A stretch of DNA of 64,000 nucleotides from Microthyrium microscopicum (taxonomy: Eukaryota). The notes under the pieces were generated by a model. The model was not told where the DNA came from. It did not search any database and saw only the letters and a program-made list of their open reading frames with translations. This document shows, one piece after another, positions 1 through 11,727 of the stretch. Location: assembly GCA_010405405.1 (NCBI GenBank), contig MU004243.1, positions 677,340-741,339 of the forward strand, given 5' to 3'. Position numbers and translations under genes: made by a program. The stretch's first letter is position 1, and each line of letters begins with the position of its first letter.

Positions 1-3000
1 GTAATAGTTTAGGTTAACTATAGATTTTCACCTTATTAAGCTTATATTACTTAGTTAGTCTAGGTATATTAATATAATATTAGGATATTACCTTTCTTTG
101 CTAAAGACTTTTTATATATTAGGATACTTTATTAGAATATACTAAATTTCTAATTTATTTATTAGCTACTTTAAGATAATAAGGGCTACTTCCCTAGTCT
201 TATAGATATATATATAAGTATAATATTATAACTTATATTTTTTAAGCATAGCTATAACTTAAGCCTCTAACTTATTATAAGTATATAGTATCTAGTCCTT
301 TATTATTAGCTTTATAGGCTTTTATAATCTAAGTAATAATTAAATCTAGAGTATTCTTCTATAGCTTATTAATAGTATAAGTTATATTAGGAAAGAATTT
401 CTATAGAAATTTACTATATTTTTAAATTTATCTTTAAATATTAGCAACGATACTATAGTATTTAGTTATATTTACTCTTTATAACTAGCTAGAGTCAATT
501 TTACTTATATATCTTATATATATAATCCTACTATATTAAGACTTTTAAGTAACTATTAAGAAAGCTATAGAATAACTATTATTAATATATTTAAATTTAT
601 ATTAAAATAAGCTAAAGTAGCAATTTAATAATTTTCTATAAGTTTATTAGTAAGTTCTTCTTTAAGCTTGTTATTAGCTAAAGTAGTATTAATATTACTA
701 ACGTTTCTTATAGTTTTAGGAGTTAAAATAAAGTATAGCTCCTAGAATCTATAATTATAGAAAAGTAATAATAGTTATAGGCAATAAAATTAATAAGTAA
801 CCTCTTTATATAAACCTAATTAGCTAGTTAGGCTAATTATACTTAATAAATATAATAACCTACTATATTATTAATAATACTTATCTATAATCTAAGTTAA
901 TATAGCTCTAAAAAAAGCTTAATAAGTAAAGTAAAAGTTATCCTAAGTCTCTAGTCTATAAGATACTCTTTTACTAGTAATACTACTATATTAGTCTTAA
1001 AATAACTAATATATTATACTACTCTATAACGCTACTAAAAAATTTATTTAATTATTATATTGTATAATATAAGAGATAGTAAACTATAATTAAATATAGA
1101 TATTATTTAGCTTACTACTTTAATTAAGACTAATAGTATTCTCTATAGGCTAAGTAAAAAAATTAAAGTTAAATATCTAGACCTACCTAACGCTAATATA
1201 CTTTAAATTACTTTATAACGTATAAAAAAGTTTTAATACTACTATTAGCTACTACTACTAGAAGTTAATAATATTAGAGAGTAGTAGTCTACTAAAGTTA
1301 TTAAAGATATAAAGGAAACTTTATAATTAAACTAACTTTAATACTGCTCTAATACTACTTTAAGTACTTATATTTAGATCTATTAATATAATTATTATAA
1401 AATTAATATAAATATTAAGTATATACCCTCTCTAAATATAGACTTATTACTATTAATTTAACGTTAAATCTAAGCTATAGTATAATTATCTATAGCTTAT
1501 AGCTTAACTAAGAATCTATATACTACCCTTAAAAATATACTTAGTCTTAATTTTAGTTTATAAGAATAATTATTAGTATTATTAGCTATATTAATATACC
1601 TAGCTACTTTAAAGCGCTTAAGATCTAGTAAGGTAAACCTAATTATAATTACTAGATAAACTATATCTTATAATATTACTAATATTTATTAGCTAATTAA
1701 TAAAGTAAGCTTTACTAATAATATATTACGTCTTTTCTAGGAATAAGAGATTTTAGATAGGATAAAAGTTAAAAATATAGTTATTCCTATTAAGTAATAG
1801 AGTAAGCTTTATAAAGAAATATAATTAAAGTCCTAATCTATACTTAAAAAGCCCTTTTCTAAGTTTATAGTTAGTAATTACTAATAAATATTCTATTTAT
1901 TAGCTAATATTATATTTAAACCTAGCTTATTATAGAAATATTCTAGATATATCTATCTAAAGAGTTATTCTAGGCATTATTTAGTAAAGAAACCTTAACT
2001 ATAAGAGAAATAAAGCAATTAAACTAGACTAAATACTTAAAGAAAGCTTAGCTTAAATAGTAATTAATAGATAAAAAGACTATAGAAAAGGCTAAAGAGA
2101 TATATAATTTAGAATTTAATAAGGTCTTTACTTATCGTTAAGGTAATGTCTAGATAGTTCTATAAGATTATACTAAGATTATAAAGAAATTCTAAGAGTT
2201 AAATCTATTAGTATTAAGTTATCTATAAAATATAAGCTAAATACTAAGTCTTTCTATTATATATTTAGTAATACTATAAAGATATATAGTTTATAGATAT
2301 ATATAAAAAAAAGTAGAAATATACTTTAATACTAATAAATATATATAATAACCTAATAATAACTAATCTTTTATACTAGCTTTTAATATTAAACTAATAT
2401 TTATAGCAAACTTTCTATAGAGCTAGTATTCTAAAAGCTAACTTAGTATTAAAGTAATATACTATAAAATATCTCTATTAAACTAACTTACTATAAACTT
2501 TTAACTTATAATAGTTTACTAACTAAACTAATATACTTTAATTATATAGAACTAATATCTACTTAAACTTTACTTAGGCTAAGGAATAAACTAATATTTT
2601 ATATTTACTTACTCCTAACTTATTATTCTTAATATTAATAATTACTAAGCAAACTAATACTAAGACTTATTAAAAAAAAATTAGTATCTATAATACTACT
2701 AGTAGTATTACGTAGTACTATATTATAATATAAGAGTAATAGTTACTAAAACGTTACTTTCCTTAATAGAAACTACTTTAATTACTAGTACTATACTAAA
2801 TTAGTTTAGAGAAAAATCTACTAATTTTTAGAAAATTATAATATTTTATCTTAGAGTGCTTTTACCTTAAGTAAGACCTAAAATAACTAGTAAGGCTAAT
2901 ATTTAAAGTATAATCTACCTATTCTATTTTAGCTCTACTTAAATATATATAGAAATAAATATATTTAGCTTTACCCTAGGCTTAAGTAAGCTAGTAGTCT

Positions 3001-3213
3001 AACTTAACTAATAAGTATAAGGAATATAATATAAATATATAATTTAACTAAGATCCTCTACCTTTATTCTTTAAAAATATAATATACTAATTAGTAATTT
3101 ATAAGTTAGACTAGAGCTATTAAACTATTCTTAATCTAGTATATAGTAATCCTTATAAGAAACCTAATACGCATTAGTAATAGTGTATACGTACTCTTAG
3201 TAAAAGGGGGAAG
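1..3213 (+). mobile_element. RIP-degraded LTR retrotransposon internal region (relic; runs off window start)
   Basis: Extremely AT-rich with heavy TpA excess, CpA/TpG depletion and no ORF >=60 aa, the signature of repeat-induced point mutation. Ends in polypurine tract AAAAGGGGGAAG (3202-3213) abutting an LTR-like segment. Superfamily not determinable by eye. Confidence 0.8.
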
Positions 3214-3419
3214 TATTACTTTGGACCTCAGAATTCATACTTCTCCCTTTCTCCTTAAACTCTCAAAAGAAACAACAACAACGCCTAACAACAACGCCGA
3301 CAACCCCAACATTCCCTGGTTTCCTAATTCTCCGTCTTGAAGCCGTTGGTCGCCTGTCTTCAATTCTTGTCCTCTTCAATACACTTTTTGTCAAATCTGG
3401 GACTCCTCACTGTGTGACA
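3214..3419 (+). repeat. Putative 3' LTR (~206 bp)
   Basis: Starts right after the PPT with TATTAC (the RIP product of TGTCAC) and ends GTGACA (3414-3419), its reverse complement, giving the TG...CA terminal inverted repeat typical of LTRs. Confidence 0.65.
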
Positions 3420-4031
3420 AAGTCGCGTTCGTGATACATCGCACATGGGCCCCGCTCAAAAAACAAACAAAACTCCTTAGACCGCTCAACCTTGCTGCTG
3501 ATTTATATGAGTCTTTCTGGGGTCACCATGTCCATTCTACAAAGCCTGCCTTCCCTCACCTAGTTCAAAGTGATGACCTACGGTCCTAAATAAACTGCGT
3601 GTTTACTTTTTGCTTGATCACTGCCTTGATACACGATGAGTCCTCTATCACAACATTGTAAATCAGGAGAGAATGCTGAAAAATTATGACCCAAAAGATC
3701 CAGATTCTACCGTTGGATTCCTCGAATAGAGGCTTCCTTCTGGTGCTCTTTTGTTTAGGTCCTCCGAATCTGTGCTCCAAATGATATACGCATTACTTCT
3801 CCGGGCTCTGGTTAAACTTTGATTTGTAGTCGGCACCTTGTCCTTAGCACTACCGTATTTTGAAGGCAACTACCACAACCCGGGCCTATAAAACACAAAG
3901 GCCTTATCCAACTCTTCCTGCGCATGTTTTCTTTGTTCGTTCTTACATGACATCAGCTCCTACTACTATCAACCTTTAGCTATCAACTACCAGGCTTTTA
4001 TCACAGCTTAAACTACTTATAGATTCCAGCC

Positions 4032-4352
4032 ATGTGGACTCCCAACTCATATGACGAAGTTCTTATGGCACTTTCAGACTTCCACACAGACATAAACGAC
4101 AATTTTCAGGAGATCAACGCCAGACTGAACGATATTGCTCAAACGTCAGAGAATCTCACCAAAATCACTGAAGGCAATGCTGTGAAATTAGAGAAGATAT
4201 ATGCCAAGTTGGAGAAGATGAATGTCCACTTCGAAGAGATAAATACCACACTCCAAGATAGGAGCGCGCGCGACACGGAGCGCGACACGCTTCGGGACAA
4301 AACTAAGGAATCTAAAGAGCCTGAGAACAAGAAGTTTAAATCAAAACTCTAA
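4032..4352 (+). CDS. Small intronless coiled-coil protein 1 (106 aa, unknown function)
   Basis: Heptad-like pattern (INARLNDIAQTSENLTKI..LEKIYAKLEKM); CTATAAAA at 3886; GCCATG start context. Confidence 0.65.
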   Translation: MWTPNSYDEVLMALSDFHTDINDNFQEINARLNDIAQTSENLTKITEGNAVKLEKIYAKLEKMNVHFEEINTTLQDRSARDTERDTLRDKTKESKEPENKKFKSKL

Positions 4353-4678
4353 GCAGTATAGGCTCTGTTAATGCTCCTGCTGGCATTCGAATATTGGCAC
4401 GGGAAAAATATTGTGCGGTCCAAGAGAAAGTATGGTTCACCAGTTATAAGTCAACCATGATCAATCCCAAGGCAACTGGTGTATCGCACTGTTCGCACAT
4501 CCAGCTCCCGTGATTATGGAAGCCTTGAGACATGTTACCCTATAAAATATCTTCAATATCCGAACCCGCTGATCTTCTTTATCTCACCTACCAAGCCTTT
4601 CTTCGAAAACAAACAACACTCATCAACTCAACTGCGCCGCTCCCATCAGAACTTCATCGCTACGACTTCGTCTCAGCC

Positions 4679-4894
4679 ATGTCCGCTCCAAATGACACCA
4701 AACATGTGCTCGCTAAAATAAAAGAAGCCATCGAATCAATCGAGGAAAAATTACAACGCAGGCGCGGATACCAGTACTTGCAAGCCGGCCCCCAGGAGAA
4801 AAGTATGAGTACCACTACGCAAACAACCAATACTATTAAAGATGATCAGGATCTCACAGAAGTTGTTGACGAATGTTCCAAGTTGAAGCTTTGA
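4679..4894 (+). CDS. Small coiled-coil protein 2 (71 aa, MSAPNDTKHVLAKIKEAIESIEEKLQ...)
   Basis: Internal ATG of track ORF 4532-4894 in GCCATG context, 139 bp after CTATAAAA at 4540; amphipathic helix. Confidence 0.5.
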   Translation: MSAPNDTKHVLAKIKEAIESIEEKLQRRRGYQYLQAGPQEKSMSTTTQTTNTIKDDQDLTEVVDECSKLKL

Positions 4895-5380
4895 GGCCTA
4901 CGCTGCCAAGTCGGTTCTTTTACTTTCAGACTAAATGGTCATTTTCAAGATAAATGCAGTAGCTGATGTTCGCCGGACAAGGACTTCACACATCGTTTCC
5001 AGTGTATGGAGGCCGCTAGTGTTGTCTTAATTGAAAAATAGTCTCATAATTGAGTCAAAATCATTTTGATCCTGTTACTACCTAATATTCGTGATACGGG
5101 ATGACCAGGTATTTACTTTCGTGAGACTTGCGATTGTCTCGTCTCATAAGAGTCTTTCTCCCTGAATCACCAGCCTGAGAGGAATGAGTACCACTTCACT
5201 CATTGTAGATACCACTACTTTCCGTGCCTATAAAACCCTCATAGCCGGCCATTTTCCGTATGTTCTCTTTTACCTTATTAGAGCCCATCGTTTCCAATTT
5301 CTCATCGTCTTCCCCATCAGATCTCCTCACCTTAATCTTATCATCCCACTTACTGCCCATTTCGCATACCATCCGAAATC

Positions 5381-5755
5381 ATGTCCGACTCCTCAAACAC
5401 GAAACCTACCAGTAAGAGTCAGACAAAGGCCTCCGATGAGCTCGTTGAGTCCGATCAACCTTTGCAACTGATGGCCCATGTCACGAATTTGTTAGACTCT
5501 GAGGCTCAGCAGCTCAAACATCTTGAGAAAAACATCACAGATATCAGGAAGACGATTTCAAATCCTTCTGAACTCAACGAGACTGAGCGTTCAGACTTTC
5601 TGAAATACTTTGAGGAGTTTTCGGACCGCTTCCGGGGCTTTGAAGGACAATTTGAAGCGCAACATATTGCTTTCAAGCGTATTCAAGTGGAGATGGCGCA
5701 ATTGACGATGAGTTTTGGGCTCTTGAGGATGTTTGTGGAAAGGTTGAGGAAGTAA
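5381..5755 (+). CDS. Small coiled-coil protein 3 (124 aa)
   Basis: Helical E/Q/K/L-rich ORF; CTATAAAA at 5228. Confidence 0.65.
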   Translation: MSDSSNTKPTSKSQTKASDELVESDQPLQLMAHVTNLLDSEAQQLKHLEKNITDIRKTISNPSELNETERSDFLKYFEEFSDRFRGFEGQFEAQHIAFKRIQVEMAQLTMSFGLLRMFVERLRK

Positions 5756-6190
5756 ATTCGTTTTTGGGGCCCGTCACGCAATATGCAAGGCCAGTTATAC
5801 TGATAGATTGAATATTGTATCACACAATAACCATGAGGACTATATCATTTTATTCTGAGGCCCGCGCTGATGGAATGGAATATCCCTTTGATCCTACTGA
5901 TTGGATAGATTCTCTCCAGAAGCAATCATCCCATTGTTTAGACGATAAATGTCCACCCCAAACTTATATGACAAAATTGTATCACTCTCATCGCCAAATG
6001 TTCTCACTGCCATCGGATCTGAACACAATTGCATCTCATAGACGCAGGTTCTTCTCTATAAAACTCACTAACCATCTCACCATTTTCTTGTTCTCTTCTA
6101 TCCAGCATTTACTTATCGCAGCTCATATATCCCAACTGTTTTCGGACTTGTTACTCATTTCCAAGCTCACATATATCTATCGCCTTCACA

Positions 6191-6565
6191 ATGTTTCCCA
6201 ACCTTCCCTTCCGTCCTGCTCTCCAGAGTAATACAGCATCTAATTCCCAACGAGACCAGCAAGGCAATCCATTGATGGACCAGATTGCACAAAACACCGA
6301 ACAACTCAACTCCATCCAAGAAGACATCAAGCACATGGGAAAGATTATGGAAACTAACTCCAAATTGATGGAGGTTAATTTTCTGAAGATTCACGCTAGG
6401 TTTGACGGCCAAGGAAGGTCCATTAAGCTCCTGCAACACTGCTTGAATAACCTTTGGGGAGTTATCAATGATCTCGACGTTTTCTGGAATGGACTTGACG
6501 AGACTATGAATGATATCAAAGAAAAGCTGTATGGGTCTGAATCCTCTTCGTTACCTGATGCTTAG
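6191..6565 (+). CDS. Small coiled-coil protein 4 (124 aa)
   Basis: Heptad pattern (IAQNTEQLNSIQEDIKHMGKIME); CTATAAAA at 6056. Confidence 0.65.
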   Translation: MFPNLPFRPALQSNTASNSQRDQQGNPLMDQIAQNTEQLNSIQEDIKHMGKIMETNSKLMEVNFLKIHARFDGQGRSIKLLQHCLNNLWGVINDLDVFWNGLDETMNDIKEKLYGSESSSLPDA

Positions 6566-7145
6566 CGGCTTATTATATGAAGGGCACATTTATATTCATA
6601 GGAGCTAGTTACAACAAGATAGTGGTTAATAGATTGCTCAATGAGACTAATAATCTTCTGTATTCTCGCGGCTGACATCGATATATCTAGAAGATAGGTA
6701 GGGCGCAAACGTGTTCTGATAAGATAGGTATCTTTGTTATCATGATCACTGTGAACCGAAGACGCTTTATGTGTGTTTTACATGAGAAGAAGTACCTAAC
6801 CGCCACCCTCTACCAAGTCCTTGGCCTAGAAACATGCAGCCTATGCATCTTCACCACTATCCATAATCTCTCGCTTAGTTCAATCGATCTGCAATGGCAA
6901 TGGGCCGTAGCCGCGTAAGTGGGTAATGTTGAGTTGAATTTATCACCCTCCTAAGGTGAGGTGAAGCTCTGAGGTATCGGTGAAGAATGCGACAGTAGTA
7001 AATGATGCTCGCATACAGCTAAGAAGCTAAGAGCCGAGTCATCTATAGCGGAAAACATACTGAATATTGTCTGCGCTACGAGCCACCATCAAGCTGTCGA
7101 AGCGAGCCGGTTGTCCTTGCCGGTCCAAAAATGAAGATTGGCATC

Positions 7146-8266
7146 CTACTCATCCGAGATTGGAAGGATTGGCAACAAGAGACCTTCTTCATCCGCTGGA
7201 TGAGCGCTCATATAGCCACGAATCTGCTTTCTAATCTCCGTATCAAAGCTCTGCTTTGCCATCTCAGCTAGTCCATTGATGTATGCTGTTGTCTTTATGG
7301 CATTGGTCCAATTTGCAACAGCATCAATGCATGCCCAATACCAGAATTTTTCAGTGAAGTGAAATTTTTCCAATCCTGCAAAGATATTCCGCTTTTTCAG
7401 GGCAACGTCTGAGAACCAGTCTGCAAACATTACCAGGATGTCCTCAGCGTAATCCTCTGCAGTGATAGTGACGGCACCACGATAGTCAGTATACAGTAAG
7501 CCAGCCAGTTGCATGTTTATATTGAGACGCTCCAACTCTGTGCAGCGACTAAGAAGCGCGAGAGCTTTACGTGCTTGGGTGGATGAACCAAAGTATTCGG
7601 ACTGAAGCTCGCCGAGCGTAATTGTGCGCAGTGGTTTCAGGTTCACCCGGCTAGTCGCGAGATTGAAATCAATCATAGCTTTCGCATCGGCAAACAAGAA
7701 GTGATTTGCGTAAAGCATTGAAGCCGTTTCCTGGTGAATTTGCTTGTTCAGCCGCAAGATTGCGGGGACAATGTTGGGCACTTTGTCCAATTCGGGAAAA
7801 TGCCGCATTTTGGGGACACGCACCACTCTTTGGTGCCCATATTTGCGTCCTGATAGTTGTTGAGACGTCAATTTTGAGACTCGCACTTTGGTGGTCTTGA
7901 TTACGATTATTTCATCAGTCTGCAAGCACCACTGATAGATTTTATTTCGAAGTTCTCCAGGCAATTTCAAGAATGGAAATGTTTGTTGCGATGAACGTTT
8001 TCTCTATCGAGCAGTCAGAAACATGATATCAAGAGGAGAATGTGATGACATACCTTGGTGTTCAGAGCGTTGTTATTATGGCGATCGCCAGTGGACTCAG
8101 CTTTTCGCTGAGATCCTTTGCTTAAGGTGGAGGCCAAGCCGTTTTTGTCATTTCCTTCATAAGGATCTTTCATAGTAGTATGAACAACAGCATTTCGCGT
8201 TTGATCTTGATGGCGCCCGACTTCATCGCCGTTGCCGTAGGAACCGATCGTTGATGCCTCGGCCAT
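7146..8266 (-). CDS. F-box-like/2EXR-like family paralog 1 (2 exons)
   Basis: Exon 1 MAEAST...NTK, short GTATGT intron, then RKRSSQQTFPFLKLPGELRNKIYQWCL...PAILRLNKQIHQETASMLYANHF...WFSDVALKKRNIFAGL...ADEEG. Confidence 0.8.
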
Positions 8267-8707
8267 ATTTGCCGCGGAAAGGAGTTGATTGAATGATGGG
8301 TTTTTTTTGTTTGATTGCGAGGAAAGGGATATGTGCGGAGTTTGAATGAAGAATGCGCTGGAAGCTGGCGAAATTTTTCGAAGCGGTGCTGAGCAAAGGT
8401 GTGGAAGCAGAGTGAGGTTGAAGGAAGTTTGCGATCGGACTCTGAGGATCAATTGATAAAGCAGGCACGTGCACAAGTACCAGTGACGAGGTGGACGTCT
8501 CTGGTGACTCCGTATGGCTATTTGGGACAACATAATTCCGTAATGCGTCCAGCGAAACATGCGCTGATGGGTCACTGTCAGCTAAGTTTTAAAAATGTAT
8601 AATTCATCACACCGCTCACCGGATACTTGTTTAGAATCATAATAGAAGAAATGTTGCGTTATATGAGATTCTCAGGCGAATGGTAGAGGTGGTGTTTAAA
8701 AGTTGCG

Positions 8708-8733
8708 ATAAGGCTGAGAGACGACCTGATTGG
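8708..8733 (-). promoter_or_regulatory. Family bipartite element upstream of paralog 1
   Basis: Minus strand reads CCAATCAG-GTCGTCT-CTCAGCCTTAT. Confidence 0.7.
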
Positions 8734-8907
8734 CTGATCCCAGTTACTGTTCTTGCTTAAGGCTGAAAAGAAAAGCTTTATTGCCATCGTGTGCTTAGAG
8801 TGAAAAAGTCCAGTGCAGTTTAGATGGTTCCAGATCATTGAACCCTGTCTTACGATTTTCTAATCAAGAGATGTGCATGTTGCCGGTTACCTGCTGCTAG
8901 GCTCCTA

Positions 8908-9144
8908 CACTGGTTTGCGAAATGTGGTGAACTCCGACCCTCCCCCCTAGTGTCTCCAAACATGTGAATTTTGCAGAATCTAACCAATCAGGCTTTTTAT
9001 AGAGGGACGGAATCTGAACATTGGGACCTAAGCCAGAGCCTTTACCACAGAGTAATAAGCTATTCTCGATATGATTGGTTGTATTCTGCAAAAATAATCA
9101 TATTGGGGAGGGGGTCAGAGTTCACCACATTTCGCAAACCAGTG
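8908..9144. mobile_element. MITE-like non-autonomous TIR element (237 bp), Tc1/mariner-type TA flanks
   Basis: Left end CACTGGTTTGCGAAATGTGGTGAACTCCGACCC and right end GGGTCAGAGTTCACCACATTTCGCAAACCAGTG are near-perfect inverted repeats; TA on both sides; no coding capacity. Confidence 0.85.
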
Positions 9145-9446
9145 TAGCACCATGAACTCGACCGCAGCGCAAACCACCAAGTGAAATCCTTCCATCAAGA
9201 AACTTCTTGAGTCAAATACCTTACCCAAAAATCAACAGTAATTGTCTGAAGATGTTTTCTTGAGGACATTGTGACCATTTATAGGTTTGCCAATGGCGGT
9301 GTAACGCTAAAATTGGTTCGGCGTGTACATGGCACGCGCTCGATGGACGATGATCACAGAGGCAATTACATCTCAGCGAAGACGTATGTTTGCAAGCCTT
9401 AGCGTTATAATATAGTATAGAGCGACAATAGCACCCTCTCCGATCC

Positions 9447-10687
9447 CTAGCCAACTCTGAACTCATGCCCCTTCCAAAACTTCCACAAACAATCTGCAAC
9501 CTGTCCCGGTATCGAAATAGGAACTTCATGCCCAGCATCGAGTATTATAGTATGCACATTCTCTGATCCTACCGTCTCCATCATATCAGGCTCCATCTCA
9601 TCCACCAGCACAATCGGATCCGTCCTCCCCAAGATCAGCACCAACTGCCCGCCAATCATCCCTTGCTCATAGCCATGCCCTCTTGCTCTCTGCTCATCAA
9701 GCCTCCTCCCGATCACCCTAAACGCAGCATGTTGATTCGTAATAGGCGCGTGCCGTATGCCAGACATGAACGCATCCACAAAACCCTCATGGTGATCAAG
9801 CTGCCACTGGACCGCCGCATCCATCACTCGCGTCTCTTTGCTATCTGGCCCCAACTCAGCTGCCACTGCATCTTCCAGGTCTATCCCACCCTCTTCGTCG
9901 GTGTGTATTCTCAGAGCAGACGGATTATGTAGACGCTTGGCGACGAAGTATTTAGTGATGAAGCTGGGAATGATACCTTCCGTACGGTACAGCCAGTAAC
10001 TACGCCAGCTTACATTCTTTTCACGCACAAGGCCAGATGTGCATAGTAGTACGAGAGATGAAACCATGGAGGGATAGTAGCGTGTGAAAGTTGCTGCGAT
10101 GCCGCCGCCGAGTGAGTAGCCGATTATGGAGAATGCGTTGGGTGTTGTCCAGGAAAGTTTGGATGATGATAGGACTGATAGAATCTGGGCGATGTATAAA
10201 TGTTCGGTATGTTGGTAGTATGTTGGATTATCTGAATAGCCGCGGCCGTAAAGATCTAGTAAATGATTAGTTTTATGTTTTTAAGTAGAGAATACCGTAG
10301 AGATATATTGGGGGACGTACCGAACAACATAACTCTACAACCCTTTTTGACGAATTCATTGGTAAGGCCTCGAAAACTTATACATGGTGTGCTGATTCCA
10401 GGTATGAAGAGTACTTTATGCCCATCTTCGGGACCATATTCGTATACTCGTATAGATCCCCATGGTGTTTCTACTTGTCGGGCGCTTGGAAGTGTATCTG
10501 GCCCATATGCTAGTTTTGAAATTTGGTCGACGGATAGCGTGGGAATTGTGGTCTTCAGGGGCGACGGAGTTATGTGAAATATTGCTTCACTACGTTTGCG
10601 ATTACGATAGTTTTGATAGCTTACATATCCTCCGATTGCGGTTGCGCCGAGGAGGATTGCGAGTATATTGTGGCGATTCCATGACAT
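9447..10687 (-). CDS. Alpha/beta-fold hydrolase with N-terminal membrane anchor (2 exons)
   Basis: Hydrophobic N-terminus ILAILLGATAIGGY; FIPGISTP; nucleophile elbow IGYSLGG; GRTDPIV and DAGHE catalytic Asp/His regions; one intron near 10258-10319. Confidence 0.85.
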
Positions 10688-11085
10688 TGAACTTTGAAGT
10701 TGGAACAGAAGCGGACTTGAGGAGACTAAGCGATTGTGGAGTCTGACTGATAACTGTTGGATGGCGATTTGTTGTATCGAACTCCATTTGCTTAAAGTAG
10801 GTAGTTGAACTGGTACTTGGAGTTTCTCGGGCTGTTTCAATATGCAGCGCTAGGATGAAGTTGGAAGGTTTATGAGAAAGGAGCTACCAACGGAGAATTT
10901 GGAGCCTCTCCATACCGGAGGATCTTATCTGACTGGTACCCATAAATACAGTCTCTTCCTCAACTATCAGAACTGTTATCAGAATGATTCAGCAAAATAT
11001 AGAACCATGGATAATTGACAAACTTGGTCGTCAAAGAGGTGGTGTCAAGCACGTACTACGATGGGCCATTCTGTTCTAATGTCTA

Positions 11086-11727
11086 CCGTAGCGCGCGAGG
11101 GGGAGTAAAGGAAATGTACTAGTGATCGTCCTATTAGGCTTCTAGACTAAAAAATGTATATTCTGCAGAGAGGTACAAACGATGCCGCTTTCCTAGAGAA
11201 GATACTTGTTTTAGAAAACCTATATTTTTTAATTAAAAAAGCATTTTATAAAAAAGCTATATTTAGCTATTTTTTAGCTATGTTATAACTAGAAAGAGGG
11301 GTAAAAAAAATTACTAAGTAAAGTAATAGATATAGTAGAGTATTTTACACAATATAGAAAATTATTATTATTTTATAAATTACTATAATTTAAACTATAA
11401 AAGAAGCTAGATTTTTACGCTAATGCTTAGTTAGGCGAGGTAGAATTATAATTACGATTTACTAGGAGTTTTATAAAAACTAAAAGATAATTACTAAGCT
11501 TTTATATATAGCCTATAGTTTATTTAGCCTCTTCTTTTTACTTCTTTATTCTTACTAATATCCTATCGTACCTTTATTATCTTTAGACGTAAGTGCTTTT
11601 ATTAAAAGAATATAAGATCTACTTAAGACATTATATTCTAGAGAAGAATAGCCTCTAAAAAAGATTTCAAAAGGTAATGTAGTTTCATCAAAAGATTAAG
11701 TCCTTTACTTCCCCCTCCACGCTACGG
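11086..11727. mobile_element. Non-autonomous/deleted TIR DNA transposon (642 bp) with RIP-mutated interior
   Basis: Ends CCGTAGCGCGCGAGGGGGAGTAAAGGA / TCCTTTACTTCCCCCTCCACGCTACGG are imperfect inverted repeats flanked by TA; the interior is AT- and TpA-rich. Confidence 0.8.

Noticed and set aside
1..3200. Centromere, organellar insertion or assignable gag/pol domains
   Set aside because: The dinucleotide skew and PPT/LTR end point to a RIPped retroelement; protein motifs are too degraded to assign reliably by eye.
8708..8733. Bipartite element as a canonical CBC-HapX iron-regulation site
   Set aside because: The HapX consensus CSAAT-N12-RWT is not met (CAG or CAA at that position), and the conserved second half CAGCCTTAT is different.
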